A DNA stretch of 64,000 bases, from NCBI GenBank assembly GCA_951406725.2, contig OX597818.1, forward strand, positions 61,318,001 through 61,382,000, given 5' to 3'. A model generated the notes under the pieces. It was given only the letters and a program-made list of their open reading frames with translations. It was not told where the DNA came from and searched no databases. The position numbers were made by a program, and so were the translations under genes. This DNA is from Octopus vulgaris. Its lineage: Eukaryota. Shown here in pieces: positions 11,953 through 26,210 of this stretch (positions are counted from its first letter, which is position 1; every line of letters starts with the position of its first letter).

Positions 11953-12260
11953 TTGTTGTTTGTTCCTTCTCGAGCCACGCCTGGCTCATAAGGGCTGGTT
12001 TCCCAGTTTCCATGGCGTATAGATTTCCCACCTGCGACAGGACGCCGGTCCATCGCAGGTGAGCTGCAAGATGCAGGAGGAAAGAGTGAGAGAAAGTTGT
12101 GGCGAAAGAGTCAGCAGAAGTTCGCCATTATGTTCTGCTGGAGCCGCATGGAGCTTAGGTGTTTCGCTCATAAACACACACATCACCCAGTCTGAGATTC
12201 GAACCTACAATCTCTCGACCACATGTCCACTGCTCTAACCACTAGGCCATGTGCCTCCAC
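11953..12260 (-). mobile_element. tRNA-headed SINE, family B body with Meta-like 3' module and (AAC)n tail; 14-bp TSD
   Basis: TSD GATGCATAAATTTG at 11939-11952 and 12261-12274; head TGGCCTAGTGGTTAGAGC, B-box GGTTCGAATC. Confidence 0.85.
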
Positions 12261-12553
12261 GATGCATAAATTTGGACTAGTTAAGCTCAAAGTGCATTAT
12301 CCAAACAATACTATCAACCCTTACCACAATGAACAATGATTCTCTTAATTACAGCATCGTATATGAGCCACAGAGAAGCTTCTGCTGGGTTACTGAATTT
12401 GCAGAAAATAGAAGTGAAATCTACCTCAAACAGACTGCACTGCCTTTTAAGTTAAATACATAGTTCACTGGTATTTCTGGTCATAAGCTGGCTCAATTAG
12501 AAGTAACCTGGAGGTTACAGCAACAAATGTATTATAGAACACTGTACGAAAAC

Positions 12554-12871
12554 TCATCATCATCATCATCGTCACCATTTAACGTCCGTTTTCCATGCTA
12601 GCATGGGTTGGACAGTTCGACCGGGGTCTGGGAAGCCAGGAGGCTGCACCAGGCTCTAGTCTGATCTGGCAGTGTTTCTACAGCTGGATGCCCTTCCTAA
12701 CGACAACCACTCCGTGAGTGTAGTGGGTGCTTTTTACGTGTCACTGGCACAGGTGCCAAGCGAGGCTGGCAATGGCCACGATTGGTTGGTGCTTTTAGAT
12801 GCCACTGGCACAGAAGCCGGGCAAGGCGGCGCTGGCATCGGCCACGTTTGGATGGTGCTTTTTACATGCCA
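12554..12871 (-). mobile_element. Family C RTE-type 3' end
   Basis: (CAT)n tail and conserved CCATGCTAGCATGGGTTGG / CTACAGCTGGATGCCCTTCC. Confidence 0.85.
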
Positions 12872-13511
12872 AGAAATTAGTGTGAAACCTATGTTTGTTT
12901 CAGTTGAGTTCCCCTGCACACCACCTTTTGCATTTGTTGTCTAAACATACCCCAGGCTGACCAAAACCCAGTGAATGGATTTGGTAGATGGATACCAAGA
13001 AGCTCATCGTTATCATCATTGAAATACATCTTAGATGCTGGGTGGGACAGTTTGACATCCACCAAATTAGAGAACAACGTTGAACTCCAAGATCTGTTTT
13101 GGCAAGGTTTCTACAGCTGCCTTGATGTGATGGATGCATGTGTTTCCTCTCCTTGTCTTGAAATCACATGATAGTTACAAATGATCATCCCTGTCAAGCA
13201 AGTAATGTCATTTCCAATTTTCCAATGAAAAATAGGTTTGGCTATGGGGAAATATTAACTTACTTGGAAACAGGAAGAGCATCCAGCCATTGTAAACATG
13301 GAAAAAAGGACATTTCAAAGATGATGACCCACATTACACCATAAACATTATTATATTTGAAGATAGCACATTATATCAATAAGATCAATAATGCTGCCAT
13401 GATAAAGTTTTTCAGAGGCTGATGCCAACATTATCCTGTCCTAAACCGTTTTTGAAAACAATACTACCTTCATAAGTCCCTAATGGGAGTTCTGTAAAAG
13501 TACATATAATC

Positions 13512-13845
13512 GAGTGTTGGGCCTCATGGAGGTAAAGTGGTTGAGTTCCTTCAAGTGTTGGGCCTCACAGAGGCAATGACGAAGACCTTGGGCATAATGT
13601 AGTGCTTGAGAAGACAACACATCAAGCCAAGCATGGATGATACTGGAGTCATGCTGGTGTCACGAAAAAGCACCCATTACACTCTTGGAGTGGTTGGTGT
13701 TAGGAAGGGCATCCAGCTGTAGTAGAAAACCATGTCAAATTGGACTGGAGCCTGGCGCAGCCTTCCTACATACCAGCCCAGTCAAACCATCCAACTCATG
13801 CCAGCATGGACAATGAACATTAAATGATGATGATGATGCTGATGA
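13512..13845 (+). mobile_element. Family C copy retaining the RTE ORF2 C-terminus
   Basis: TTGGGCCTCACAGAGGCAATGACGAAG = LGLTEAMTK..VVLEKT, then 3'UTR GGAAGGGCATCCAGCTGTAG and (GAT)n tail; links family C to RTE LINEs. Confidence 0.8.
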
Positions 13846-15793
13846 ACTTCCCATACCTTGTTACCAAGTTGGTTCAATAGGAAACAGGTTTCAGAATTTC
13901 AATTATTAAAATAATGTTCCCCACTTTATATAACTATCCAAAAAACTTTCATGGCAGTTCTAGAAATCATAATGATACACAATAACTAAAAGTTCAATTT
14001 CTAAAGCAATGACTTCTTCCAGGAATTTAAACTATTTTGCACACCTTTAATAAAACTTCATCATACCTTCATTAAATTGAAAAAAAAAAACCAACTTTTC
14101 TACACATTGTCTTTACATTTCTTTATTTGAAGAAAGGAAATCATATTTGAAGACTTTAGTATGATATCAGCTAGAGGAGGGGACTATTTATAGCTAAAAA
14201 ACAAATGCAAATCCTAATTGAAATAAGATACAGTTCTATGAAGAAGAATGGAATCTATCACTAAAACTATTTCGAAAATAAGAAAATTTAGCTGAAATTG
14301 CCCCAAAGGAGAAATCTAACAAGTGACTGTTATAAACCATTTAGTTTCCAATGTTTTTATTCAATTATCACATAAGAGTGAAATTGATTGGAGAGAGTGG
14401 GGACACCAAGTGGTGAAAAACACTATAGTGTATAACAATATAAAATTCAACCGACATTCTCTGGCCCTTTTCTCTTTAATTTAAATTTTAGATACGAATA
14501 TTAAAATAATTCAAAATACACACACACACACTACAGACATACACAAAATAAAACTATTCATTCACAAATTAAGGGATGAAAATGATTAAGGCTAATTAAA
14601 GAGAAAATTGTTTTGAATATAAAGTATTTACTTTATTGCTAACAAAAAATATATCTACATACAAATGGATGCTACATTCCAAATAGACATCGTCAGATTT
14701 CACTTAATTTATACCAGCAAAGAAGCACCCGGAATATACTTATTTCTCATAAGTAACAGCTCCAGATTGCAAGTCATAAACAGTACTTTTGTATACATGA
14801 GACAGCTATAGGATGAAATAATCCAGAGTGACAAATGGTTCGAATGACATTGTAATGAGCAATAGCACAATCGAAGCTACTGCATATGACACAGAAGCTG
14901 TCTACTGTATATTGCTTGAGGCAACTAGAAAGTGTGAGGATATAGTATTCGTTTAGAGGGGTAGTAATTACAATGAAGTGAGAACATTGATAAATTGAAA
15001 TTGAGATGGAACCAAAAGGTAGCATGCTGAAATGCAGACAGCAGTTATGAAAGTTTATGGTGGCAACAGAAATGAGTTTAACAATAATGAGAAAATAATG
15101 TGAAACAAGGTAACTTCAAACAGGAATAGAAAGGAAATAGACACTTCATCACATTGAGGCATAAATTGATAGTGGCTTTAGGTTAAGGAGTAGAAGGTTT
15201 GCTGCATATGGTAAACAGCAGAGGGAAATAGGGAAATAGGGAAAAATGAAGCCTCAAATGTTAGACAGGGCCAGTCTTTGAATTTGTTTTTTTTAAAAAT
15301 AGTACACAAATTATTTTTTATGAATTTTAATGAAATAATGTATTTAGCTCACAGCTTTACCAGTAAAATGGAAATTCTTGTTATTCTTTTGTTTGATCAT
15401 GAGTGACAACATAAGAAGCAAGTTTGCTTCTAAGTCAATGGACAAAGAACTTTCCATGGTCATTCAACTTGCAAGGAATAACAACCAAACTTCCATCAAA
15501 ACACATGCTACCAATTTAAAATAGGAAAACACAAATTGGAAATATAACCACTTTGTTAATGAAATGTATAAAGCTCATACTTTCACTAGCATACATATTT
15601 GTTCAGCCACCATATGGAACAAAGTGGAGCCAACACAGGTAAGCAGATATATGTCACATAACACAAACATAAAACAACTATACACACATACAAAAATTAT
15701 CAAAAAACTCAACGTATCATAAATAGCAGCCGAATTTTCTTCAAGTGACACCATACCATCTTACATTACAAAACAACACATTAGACAATGCTG

Positions 15794-15834
<41 letters not shown>

Positions 15835-16223
15835 AAAAAAACACAATAATACATACATACCATTACATAGAGTGGTATTTTAGCAAGTAAACATGACAAT
15901 ATGTGACTTTTGCTGAGTAAAATGTAATACTTATTCTTTAATTCAAGGTGATAAATTACAAAATATCCAATAGAGATTAGATTAATGGGTCGTTGTTTCA
16001 CATAATACATTATATATGATATCGTCATTTGCTGGTCGAACCAAAAAAAAAAAAAAGAAAAAAAGACTATAAATAAGCTACAACTCAATAACTATTGCAT
16101 AGTATCCATAATTGCAGAATTCTATTCTCCATAGCATAAAAAAGGTAGTTCCAAATGTGAAAACAAAGACTAAGAATCATGACGTCCTAAAACTAAGTAG
16201 ACAAAAAATATTATCAAGTTAGA

Positions 16224-16415
16224 TCCGGGTTGCGGATCCGTGGAACAAGCTGCCAGACGAGATGGTGAAGATGCCGACGACTGCTCGGTTCAAAGTCTCC
16301 CTTGACCTCAAGTGGCCTGAACTCTTTACATGAACATCACCTTGTACATAACTCCATGTCCCCCTACATGGCTTGCTTTTTGCTTTTTGAGCCAAAAAAT
16401 TAACTAACTAACTAA
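16224..16415 (+). mobile_element. CR1-like LINE 3' end with (TAAC)n tail
   Basis: RVADPWNKLPDEMVKMPTTARFKVSLDLKWPELFT*; inverted homologue at 19922-20167. Confidence 0.85.
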
Positions 16416-16684
16416 AGAAAAGAGGACTATGTCACATAAGAATGTACTATAATGCAAAGAAGTATGGTGCACAAGAAGTGCTAAAAGGATCACTGGCATA
16501 CTGACAAAGAAGGAGGACTTCATATGTATCATGAGAGGCTACCATAAGATAAACACATTCTAACAGTTGAAATGTTTTCTAAAAGTAAACGAAGGTGTCC
16601 TAATGAGTAGCAGAGGAGGATTTTACAGAATTATAGTGACCAGAGTAAGAACAGGAGGGGAAAGTTTATAGCATTATTACCAAT

Positions 16685-17075
16685 AGGTGTAGGAGTGGCT
16701 GTGTGGTAAGTAGCTTGCTTACGAACCATATGGTTCCGGGTTCAGTCCCACTGCATGGCACCTTGAACAAGTGTCTTCTACTATAGCATCGGGCCGACCA
16801 AAGCCTTGTGAGTGGATTTGGTAGACGGAAACTGAAAGAAGCCCATCATATATATGTATGTGTGTGTATATGTTTGTATGTCCGTGTTTGTCCCTCCAAT
16901 ATCGCTTGACAACCAACGCTGGTGTGTTTACATCCCTGTAACTTAGTGATTCAGCAAAAGAGACCGATAGGATAAATACTAGGCTTACAAAGAATAAGCC
17001 CTGGGGTCGATTTGCTCGACTAAAAGGCAGTGCTCCAGTATGGCCACAGTCAAATGACTCAAACAAGTAAAGGAG
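16685..17075 (+). mobile_element. SINE family A, full length, inserted in an old RTE remnant
   Basis: AGGTGTAGGAGTGGCTGTGTGGTAAGTAGC..GGTTCAGTCCC..CAAATGACTCAAACAAGTAAAGGAG; downstream flank resembles an RTE C-terminus (VVKTDL..NLTNGMTK). Confidence 0.9.
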
Positions 17076-18180
17076 TATACTAGCAACCAAGGGATATGAT
17101 TTCCAAGTGAAGAGTAAGTAATATTTTGTTTGTGGGATGAAGTTCTGTGTTCTACAGTAGTAAAACATGAGGTGCTAATACTGGAGAGAACTAGGGCAAG
17201 CCTGCTCCATTAAATGTATAAGGTTAGCATGAACAATGTATACATGAACCACAAGGGAAAAAATGTGCATATAAGTGAAGACCATGCTGGTGTAGACCTC
17301 TGATGCAACTGGAGGATGTTTGTTGAGCAGTGCAAAGGGGTTCAAGGGAAAGAAATTTGAGGGGAGAGCCAAGAAAAAGTAGTAGTGAAAACTGATCTTG
17401 TGGCATAAAACCTCACAAATGGGATGACAAAGGGGTCATAACATGTGAGAAGATGCTGTGGTGTAAGCACGGAAAAATGGATGTAACATGAGAATGACGA
17501 TGAGAAGGATAATTATAATGAAGATTATAAAGGATTTCTCTAAGACCAAATAGTTTATTTCATTTTTAGCATTTGTTTTGTTCTTAGTGAATGAATGACA
17601 TAACATCAACCAAAAGAATTTTTTTCACTCTCAGATGAGGTCCCTTTCACTTTAGCCCCAATTCATGATTTCCCTTGGGATAGAGATTTTCATTCTCTAA
17701 ACAAGGAAAACACCAGAGTTTGTAGATTATTCAAAGGGACTCCAAGAGATAATAGAATTTTATTTTACTGCGTAAAATCTCAGTAAAAAAAAAAATAGAA
17801 TATGTTCACACCAGATTAAAATTTTCCTTTTTTTTTTAAAAAAAGGACAAAAATAAATATTTTAAAGCACAAGATGAGTTTTCCACTGAACTTCAAATGT
17901 TGGTTTTAGGCATTAAGAAGCATTTGTGAACTAAAAAAAATATTTAACTGACAGAAATTAGATTAATTTTTATTGAGTAAAATGGATTTCTAACTTTGAA
18001 CTAATTGCTCTTATTGTTTACATTAAATTATAAAACAAAATATCAATACTTGATACACGTAATCAAGTATAAGGAAGATAAGAGGATAATTACTGAGGAT
18101 TTCAAAGGTTTATCTACCATTTTAAGATATAGCAAAGAGGTTTATATTTATAGACTACAATGTCTGAAGTTTGGATGGAA

Positions 18181-18561
18181 GCACTCCGTCGGTTACGACG
18201 ATGAGGGTTCAGGTTGATCCGAATCAACGGAACAGCCTGCTCGTGAAATTAACGTGTAAGTGGCTGAGCACTCCACAGACACGTGCACCCTTAACGTAGT
18301 TCTCGGGGATATTCAGCGTGATACAGAGAGTGACAAGGCCGGCCCCTTGAAATACAGGTGCAACAGAAACAGGAAGTAAGAGTGAGAGAAAGTTGTGGTG
18401 AAAGAGTACAGCAAGGATCACCACCATCCCCTGCTGGAGCCTCGTGGAGCTTTTAGGTGTTTTCGCTCAATAAACACTCACAACGCCCGGTCTGGGAATC
18501 GAAACAGCGGTCCTATGACCGTGAGTCCGCTGCCCTAACCACTGGGCCATTGTGCCTCCAC
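18181..18561 (-). mobile_element. SINE family B, tail type X
   Basis: Reverse complement of 5098-5474; better-preserved B box GTTTCGATTCCC. Confidence 0.9.
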
Positions 18562-19678
18562 ATCTGAGGTTTAATGCTGGGTTAGAACAAGGACATGGTA
18601 GAATTATTAATCTGTTGAACAGAAAATGAAAACCCTTCGGGTAATACAAACTAAATATCTGCACCATTATACATAAAAGCAAAGCTCATGAGAAATTTTG
18701 AGAACACTTTACACAACAGAGACCTGCTTTAAATATCTAGCTTTAAAATATTCGATTGTTACAGCTGTATCTGAAAGCAGAAATAATTGATCATTAACTA
18801 ACTCAATTGTTAATGAAAGATTAACAATTTCTTAAATTTGCTTGAAGCAATTGAAAAATAATGCATTTCCGAAATTTATCATTTTCTTTGTCAGTAGTAA
18901 TAGAACCGTAAAGCTATTGTAGTTTTATTCTGATACACTAGAAACTTAATGATCATAAAGCATTTATATACGATATGTTAGTAAAAAGATAGGTTAAATA
19001 GTATGTAATCTAAGGAGTATAAAATAATGGAAAATTCTGTTGCATTTATCTTTAGCATCTTATTTTTATCACTTAATCAGAAGTGGAGTGGGAGTGCTCA
19101 GGAACATTTTTACAGCAGCTGAGATAAGTGCAAAAAAGTCATCCTCAGAGAAGATTTCTAGCTCCAATGCAACTCAAATTGACTGCTAAAGGCATGCATG
19201 ATGAAATTTTAAACCAGATTTTAGATAAAGTGTATCACCCAGAAATTCTTTTGGACCATAAACTTATAAAAACAGACTCACTTATGCAAACAGATATACA
19301 CACCCCAACACTCAGATACACACAAACATACAAAGACTTTCATTCTTGTATATACAATCCCATCGTTACATAGAAGCACACACTGGAAATAGAAATTCAC
19401 ACACACACACATAATTATGAATGTATGCACTGTAATACCAAACCTGAACAATATAACTCACACATGGGTAGACCTACCTAATAACCACAGATAGGAAGAA
19501 GTTTATATGTTTTTGTGAAGTTATGAAGTGCCAAATATTTTAATGTTCATCTGAGTATACAACAGAACAAGAACACAATACATGCAACAGAAGCTGTGTA
19601 AGTAAATTGTTGAATCTGTCAGTACCAATGGCTTCCAACCATGTGCAATCATTGAAGCAGCAAAATGCTTATACTCAC

Positions 19679-19713
19679 ATGCAAGATCAAATAACAAGGG
19701 AGGGGCCGGAATG
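19679..19713 (-). other. Candidate 35-nt exon
   Basis: Minus strand: aacttttag|CATTCCGGCCCCTCCCTTGTTATTTGATCTTGCAT|gtgagt; good donor, weak acceptor, GC-richer than flanks. Confidence 0.2.
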
Positions 19714-19921
19714 CTAAAAGTTGATTTTACAATTTCAGTTTTAGAAAAACAAGGAAAGAAAATCTCAGAAATATTTGATGAAAAAAAATGTCTCAAAATA
19801 TGTTATGATCTTGTAAACATTTTATCTTAATTGCAAAGATTCTATTTTGGTGCTCTATGGAATGCTTTATTTATTTCATTATTATTCCAAGACAATTTGA
19901 ATCACTTTTTGATTCGTCAAA

Positions 19922-20167
19922 TTAGTTAGTTAGTTAGTTAATTTGGCTCAAAAGCAAATAGCAAGGCCATGTAGGGGGACATGGAGTTAAGTACAGGGTG
20001 GTGTTCATGTAAAGAGTTCAGGCCACTTGAGGTCAAGGGAGGCTTTGAACAAAGCGGTCGTCGGCATCTTCACCATCTCGTCTGGCAGCTTGTTCCACGG
20101 ATCCGCAACCCGGACGGAGAAAGCTCCTCTCCTTCGATTGAGATGAAATCGTCGCAGGTAGAGCTTT
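19922..20167 (-). mobile_element. CR1-like LINE 3' end with (TAAC)n tail
   Basis: Minus translation LYLRRFHLNRRRGAFSVRVADPWNKLPDEMVKMPTTALFKASLDLKWPELFT*. Confidence 0.9.
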
Positions 20168-21729
20168 AAAGAATATCACCTAATACTATCAGAGATTGTA
20201 TTTAAAAAATGTTAATTAAATATACAACGGAAACTGTTCACTTAACTTTTGTTAATAAATTCTAAGTTTTCTGAAAAATCAGTTATTACTTTCATTTTTT
20301 AATTTTTTGACAAACACAGCATTTGGCTTTTCCCTACCAATACTATTTACCTACGTGTTCAACAATATTATTTGTGCAATCCTTCAATCTATGGGGCATC
20401 ACTGAAGCAATATTGCTATTATATGGATTCTTGACATATTGCTAATCTATATCACAACAAGGAAAGTATTAACACTTCCAATCTCAATCTTAACTCCTCT
20501 GTCCAAAATAGGAGTGCTTCCATAGAGTTAGATATAGCAAAGGGCTGTCAAATGGAGAATATTGCTATGAGGGCGTTCTACTGCAAACAGAACCATAATG
20601 ATGATTTAAGTTTACCTAACAACACAGTGGATTTCCATCAACTTTTGTTTGCTCTTAATAACTTCCAATTTTAATTAATGATAAATTGCAAAATGAATAA
20701 AGTAAAGAATAAGAACAGAATCAGGCAGTTTCAATTTTATCTAAATATAGAGTGACCTTCATAGTAATAATTTTCATAGTTGGCGCCAACAAACTATTTG
20801 CTAATATTACCACTTTTTCTCTTTTTTGTTTCTGTTGTATCATGACCCATATTGGAAAACCTGCAATTTCTCCCCTCTCTCGGTCTCATCACAAACAGCT
20901 TTTAAATTGCACTAAATTCAATTCAAATACTCTGCTAAAATGTACTTCTATAACTAGTTGTAGGTGTTTTATTTAGGCTGAGTTAAAAATTAATTATAAG
21001 ACTATCAATGTAACAGTATCTAAAAGAAAAATATTTTTACTATTTACAAAATTCATATATGCCCTGTATCAAAATAATGAAAACATCTGTGTGTGTGTGT
21101 GTGTGTGTATGTGTGTGAATGTTTTCTAGGTGCGTTTATTTATAAATGTCTTAATTTAAGGAGAGAGGACAATGACCATGGCCCTTCTCAGAGCTTCAAG
21201 AAGGAAGTTAGACTAGAAACCTGATACGCAACAGAGTTTATTCTGTTACAAACATTCATACCAGGTTTCTCATTCAAGGCATTTGAGAGCTGGGTATTAT
21301 TATAAATTATATGTTGAATGAAGTCATATTTCGAGGAAGATTATCCAGGAAAACACATTGTTAACTTGAAATAACTGTTTGAATTCATATAAATGCGTAT
21401 GTGTGTGTGAAGGTAACAGTTGTAGCATCTACAACCAAGTTATATAAGGGCAAATAAAATTCAAACTTATATTACTATCACTGACAAAAGCAGAAAGGTA
21501 GCCAAGATGGTACAGTATTAAGAAAACTGGATCTGGCATAACACAAATTAATGGGATTGCTTTGACAGATGTTTCATTTGAAATTATTAGCATAATAATT
21601 ATTCACATCACCTATGGCAAAACATTGACATTGTAAGAGGTTTACTTTTAGAGTAAGATTTTGCCTTCTTGAAAATATTTATTAAAATGTTATTTGGCAA
21701 TCTGTAATTTCGATTTCATTAAGTGATTA

Positions 21730-21985
21730 TCATCATCATCACCGTTTAACGTCCGCTTTCCATGCTAGCATGGGTTGGGCAGTTTAACTGAGGGCTGGCG
21801 AACCAGAAGGCTGCACCAGGCCCAGCCTTGATCTGACAGCTGGATGCCCTTCCTAACACCAACCACTCCATGAGTGTAGTGGGTGCTTTTTTGTGCCACT
21901 GGCACAGACGCCAGTCAGACGGTACTGGCAATGACCTCGTTCAAATCTTTTAACACATGCCATTGGCTCTGGTGCCAGTAAGGTG
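21730..21985 (-). mobile_element. Family C RTE-type 3' end
   Basis: (CAT)n tail plus conserved 3'UTR core. Confidence 0.85.
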
Positions 21986-22380
21986 AATATCAATCATAAA
22001 TGAAACAGAATTGTAATGTAAGAATGAATACTTCTAGTCAGACAAATGCACATTTATTTGTATTTGAAATTATTCTGAACTGAAAGTAAACTTGTATTTC
22101 TGCAATTTAAATATTAATCAATTCTTACATTAAATTATTTAAGTAACGTAGCGATTGGGTAAATATAAATCAAAACGATAAAGATAATTCAAAATTACTA
22201 AATTATCATGGTTTTGACATTATTTTGACAACTTGATGCTAATATTTAATGATGCTACTAATACTGGCAAAAGTAAATAAATCATTTAAAAACTTTCATT
22301 GTATGTAAGCATGTGAAATGTAGTAATCATTTGATATTGCTCATTTTTTTATAGTCCAATGAATCATGGTGAATATTGTG

Positions 22381-22745
22381 AGCACCATACGAGTGTGACC
22401 GTTGACAGAGCGGCTGACTGGCTTCTGTGCCAGTGTCATGTAAAAGGCACCATTCGAGTGTGATTGTTACCAGCGTCGCCTTACTGGCACCTGTGCTGGT
22501 GGCATGTGTAAAAAGATTCGAGCAAAGTCATTGCCAGTACCGCATGACTGGCCTCGTGCCGGTGGCATGTAAAATGCACACACTACACTCTCAGAGTGGT
22601 TGGCATTAGGAAGGGCATCCAGCTGTAGAAACTCTGCCAGATCAAGATTGGAGCAGCCATGTGGTTCGCCAGCCTTCAGTCAAAATTGTCCAACCCATGC
22701 TAGCATGGAAAGCGGATGTTAAACGATGATGATGATGATGATGAT
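22381..22745 (+). mobile_element. Family C RTE-type 3' end
   Basis: GTGCCGGTGGCA units, GGAAGGGCATCCAGCTGTAG, GTTAAAC(GAT)n. Confidence 0.85.
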
Positions 22746-23997
22746 TGTGAGAATTCAAAGCAAATAAGAGAGCAGTACCAAAACTTCTTCAAGTACAAAA
22801 CAAAGCGCTTGTATCATGAAGATTTTTAATCTATGCCTTTAAGGAAAATCTGTACATCATCAATCATTCTAATCAGCTTGAAATTACAAGGAAATAATTA
22901 TATCATCCGATTAACATATTTCAAACTATTTCCTTGAACCATTCTTAAAATTCGGAACCTAAAAACTGGTTTTCTGTACTACTGCTATCAAGGGGTCTTC
23001 TTGTATGTTACTTGTTGACTTAACAGTGCTGCTGGCATGAAAAAAAAGTACCATGTGCATTATGTAAAGTGACTGGCATCAACAAGGGTACCCAGCTGCA
23101 GAAACTTGGCCAAAGCAGACATTAGGGACCAGCATAGCCCTCTGACTCATTCGATCCTGTTTGCATGGAATAAGGACATTAAATAATGATGATATGAGGC
23201 ACAAACAGACACAGATTACTTCTCATTTGATAGCAACCATATGTGTTTAAAAGATTTCAATCTTTGATTTTTCCTTCAGCCGTAAATTTAGAGCAGACAA
23301 ATTCTTTCTGTATTTTAATTATTCGTAATTATTGATTTTCTTCTCTATATATAATAGAGATTTGATGTCATCTAGAATATATGAAATAGATTCTACACTC
23401 AGTTAATGAAAGAGGAGATTGTATTATACAGCATGGGGAAATGGCTTGACTCACTATATATCTAAGCGTATTTTCTACAACAGATAACACAAAAATAGTC
23501 CTTTAGCTTATATTTTCCCTGCTACAGCAACAGAAAAAGGATACTGTCCCATTTCTGCAATTTTTATTAATACTACACAATATCCATAACAAATGTGCAG
23601 GGTTTTACAATCTGTAATGTATCTCATAGATGAGACTAAAGTCCTTTAGAATAAAGAAAACTTTTGTAAAATGGAAAACAAGCTTTACTGACTACCAATA
23701 ATCAGTACTTAAATTGCCAAAAGTATTTTTTATTGCTCACTAATAAACAAAAGTCCTCGTATTTCCCTGGTAAAAGTGGTAGTTATTGTTTTTCAATTGC
23801 ATATGCTTAGTTCGTGTGTAAAATTGAAAACAAAAAAAAAAGATGTCTGAACCATTAACCTCTATCTACACAACATATCAATCAGTTCAGTCTTTTGTTA
23901 TTGACATATTCTAAAATATGTAGTCACAATATGGAGAATGTAAACATTCTATGAAGACCAGTAGAATCATATTTGAATTCAGGGATTAGATGCTTAA

Positions 23998-24219
23998 CCC
24001 TTTCGTTACTGTATTTCTGTTGAGATGCTCTGTGTTTCTTTCAATTAATTTTAAATATAATAAAGAATTTAGTAAAATAACTTAGTTATCATTAAGCTAG
24101 TGTTAGGAACATAAATTGTGACTAAGGTTTGGTGGGAGATTTTAATTCAAAACTTATGAAAACAAGACATTTGTACAACAGAACTAGAGGTGGTTTCAGT
24201 TGGGTTGGTATCAAAAGGA
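23998..24219. mobile_element. piggyBac-type MITE, copy 1
   Basis: TTAA|CCCTTTCGTTAC...GTATCAAAAGGA|TTAA. Confidence 0.8.
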
Positions 24220-24250
24220 TTAAGGATTGTTTCTCTATTATATATTTTAA

Positions 24251-24472
24251 CCCTTTTGTTACTGTATTTCTGTTGAGATGCTCTGTGTTTCTTTCAATTA
24301 ATTTTAAATATAACAAAGAATTTAGTAAAATAACTCAGTTATCATTCAGCTAGTGTTAGGAACATAAATTGTGACTAAGGTTTGGTGGAAGATTTTAATT
24401 TGATACTTATGAAAACAAAATATTTGAACTACAGAGCCAGAGCCGGTTACGGCTGGGTTGGTATCAAAAGGG
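24251..24472. mobile_element. piggyBac-type MITE, copy 2
   Basis: TTAA|CCCTTTTGTTAC...GTATCAAAAGGG|TTAA; direct repeat of copy 1. Confidence 0.85.
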
Positions 24473-24708
24473 TTAATAGCAACTGGAGACAAACCAATAG
24501 AAACCCTGTACAAATAGAAACTAAAAAGTTGAAGTAATAGAAGAAATATTCTAAAAATGTTCTAAGGTGATAACTTATCAGAAAAGTTCATAGAAATACA
24601 ACATTGTAAAATACTCTAAAAAAGAAACTATCCAAAACTCATCAATATCAATGCTACTTAAGATTCTACATTATTATATTGGGCACAGTTCTGGTAGGTA
24701 CAGCTATG

Positions 24709-24786
24709 TATATAAATATAAATGTATAATTATATATATATATATATAGATATATATATATATATATCCCTCTCTCTCTCTCTCTC
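24709..24786. repeat. (TA)n-(CT)n microsatellite
   Basis: Directly visible. Confidence 0.9.
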
Positions 24787-24812
24787 GGAGAGGCACAAGC
24801 ACCTACACACAC

Positions 24813-25011
24813 ATGCCAGGGGCACGTAAAAAGCACCCACTACACCCTCGGAGTGGTTGGTGTTAGGAAGGGCATTCAGCTGTAGAAACCTTGCCATATC
24901 AGATCGGAGCCTGGTGCAGCCTTCTGGCTCCCCATTCCTCAGTCAAGCCGTCCAACCCATGCCAGCATGGAAAATGGACGGTAAACGATGATGATGATGA
25001 TGATTATGATG
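24813..25011 (+). mobile_element. Family C RTE-type 3' end
   Basis: GGCACGTAAAAAGCACCC..GTAAAC(GAT)n. Confidence 0.85.
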
Positions 25012-26210
25012 TATAATATAAATATAAATGAACACAGGCATAGATAATATTTAGATAAAAAATTCAAGTGAATGAAATGAAATCAACAAGGTTAGGAAAA
25101 TGAATCAGGGTTTGAAATTTGGAACCAAAACAGAAAATGAACTGGCATCGATTTCATTGGTTTTAGAAGGATTGCAAAAGCCAAGTGCACTACCCCTTGC
25201 CCAGACCTAACTAATAATAACAATAATAATGATAATAATAATAATATTGATAATAGTTTGGCTGAATCACTACTATATGGAAAATGTGATGCACAAATGT
25301 ACAGATGATAAACAATGCTTTCAAGATTTTGGTAATTGAGGAAATGCATTTCTTTTGTGCTAAATATTCAGTAAAGTAATTTGACAAAATATTTTTCTAT
25401 ATTAGAACACTAGAACACACAGAAGCTTAACACATTGATGCAATTCTATGACAATTGTTATTGATCAACTTCACCTTTACCATAAGATTGAAAATCAAGA
25501 TATTATTTTAGTTTTTTGTCTACATCTGAAATTATAGATAAAATACTACATTTACACTTCACAAGACCTATCAGTTTCAGAAACTGCATATTCTATTTAA
25601 AGCTTTTTTGTTAGAAATATAAGATAATACAGAACTAAATATATCTGAAAGTATACATTTGTATCACTTTCATATTTATGGTTATATGTTCATGACTTAT
25701 TGCCATTTATGATACAGGAGGAAAGGAAATGAAAATAAAGAGAAAAAAAAAAAAGGGTAAAAAAGGAAAGGAGTGATAGATGATAGTGTGAGAGCGCAAG
25801 TGAATAATAGATAAAATAGTAGTGATAAATATCTGCCTTATGAAAAAAAAAGAAGAAAAAAGTTTCTATTCAGTGGATTAAAAAGGAAACTCAGGAAAGT
25901 ATACCGCTAAAGAATTGACTTCACCGAAACTGTTATTAATATGAATTTACAACTAAATCTGAACAAATTTTTCCCACTCGGTACAAAATGACCTTGAAAT
26001 AAATTTAACTTGAGAAACGCTATGGTTGTTGAAGTTACGAGATTCTTCACAGACACCCTAATACACACTTTTAAAATAGAAAGGTTAATAGTAAATTGGG
26101 ATATAAAAAGATTTTTAGCATTTTATAAAAGAAAAAAAAAAAAATAAATAAATAAATAAATACATAAAAACTTGAGTTTTAGATTATAAACTGATTTTTG
26201 AAACTGAATA

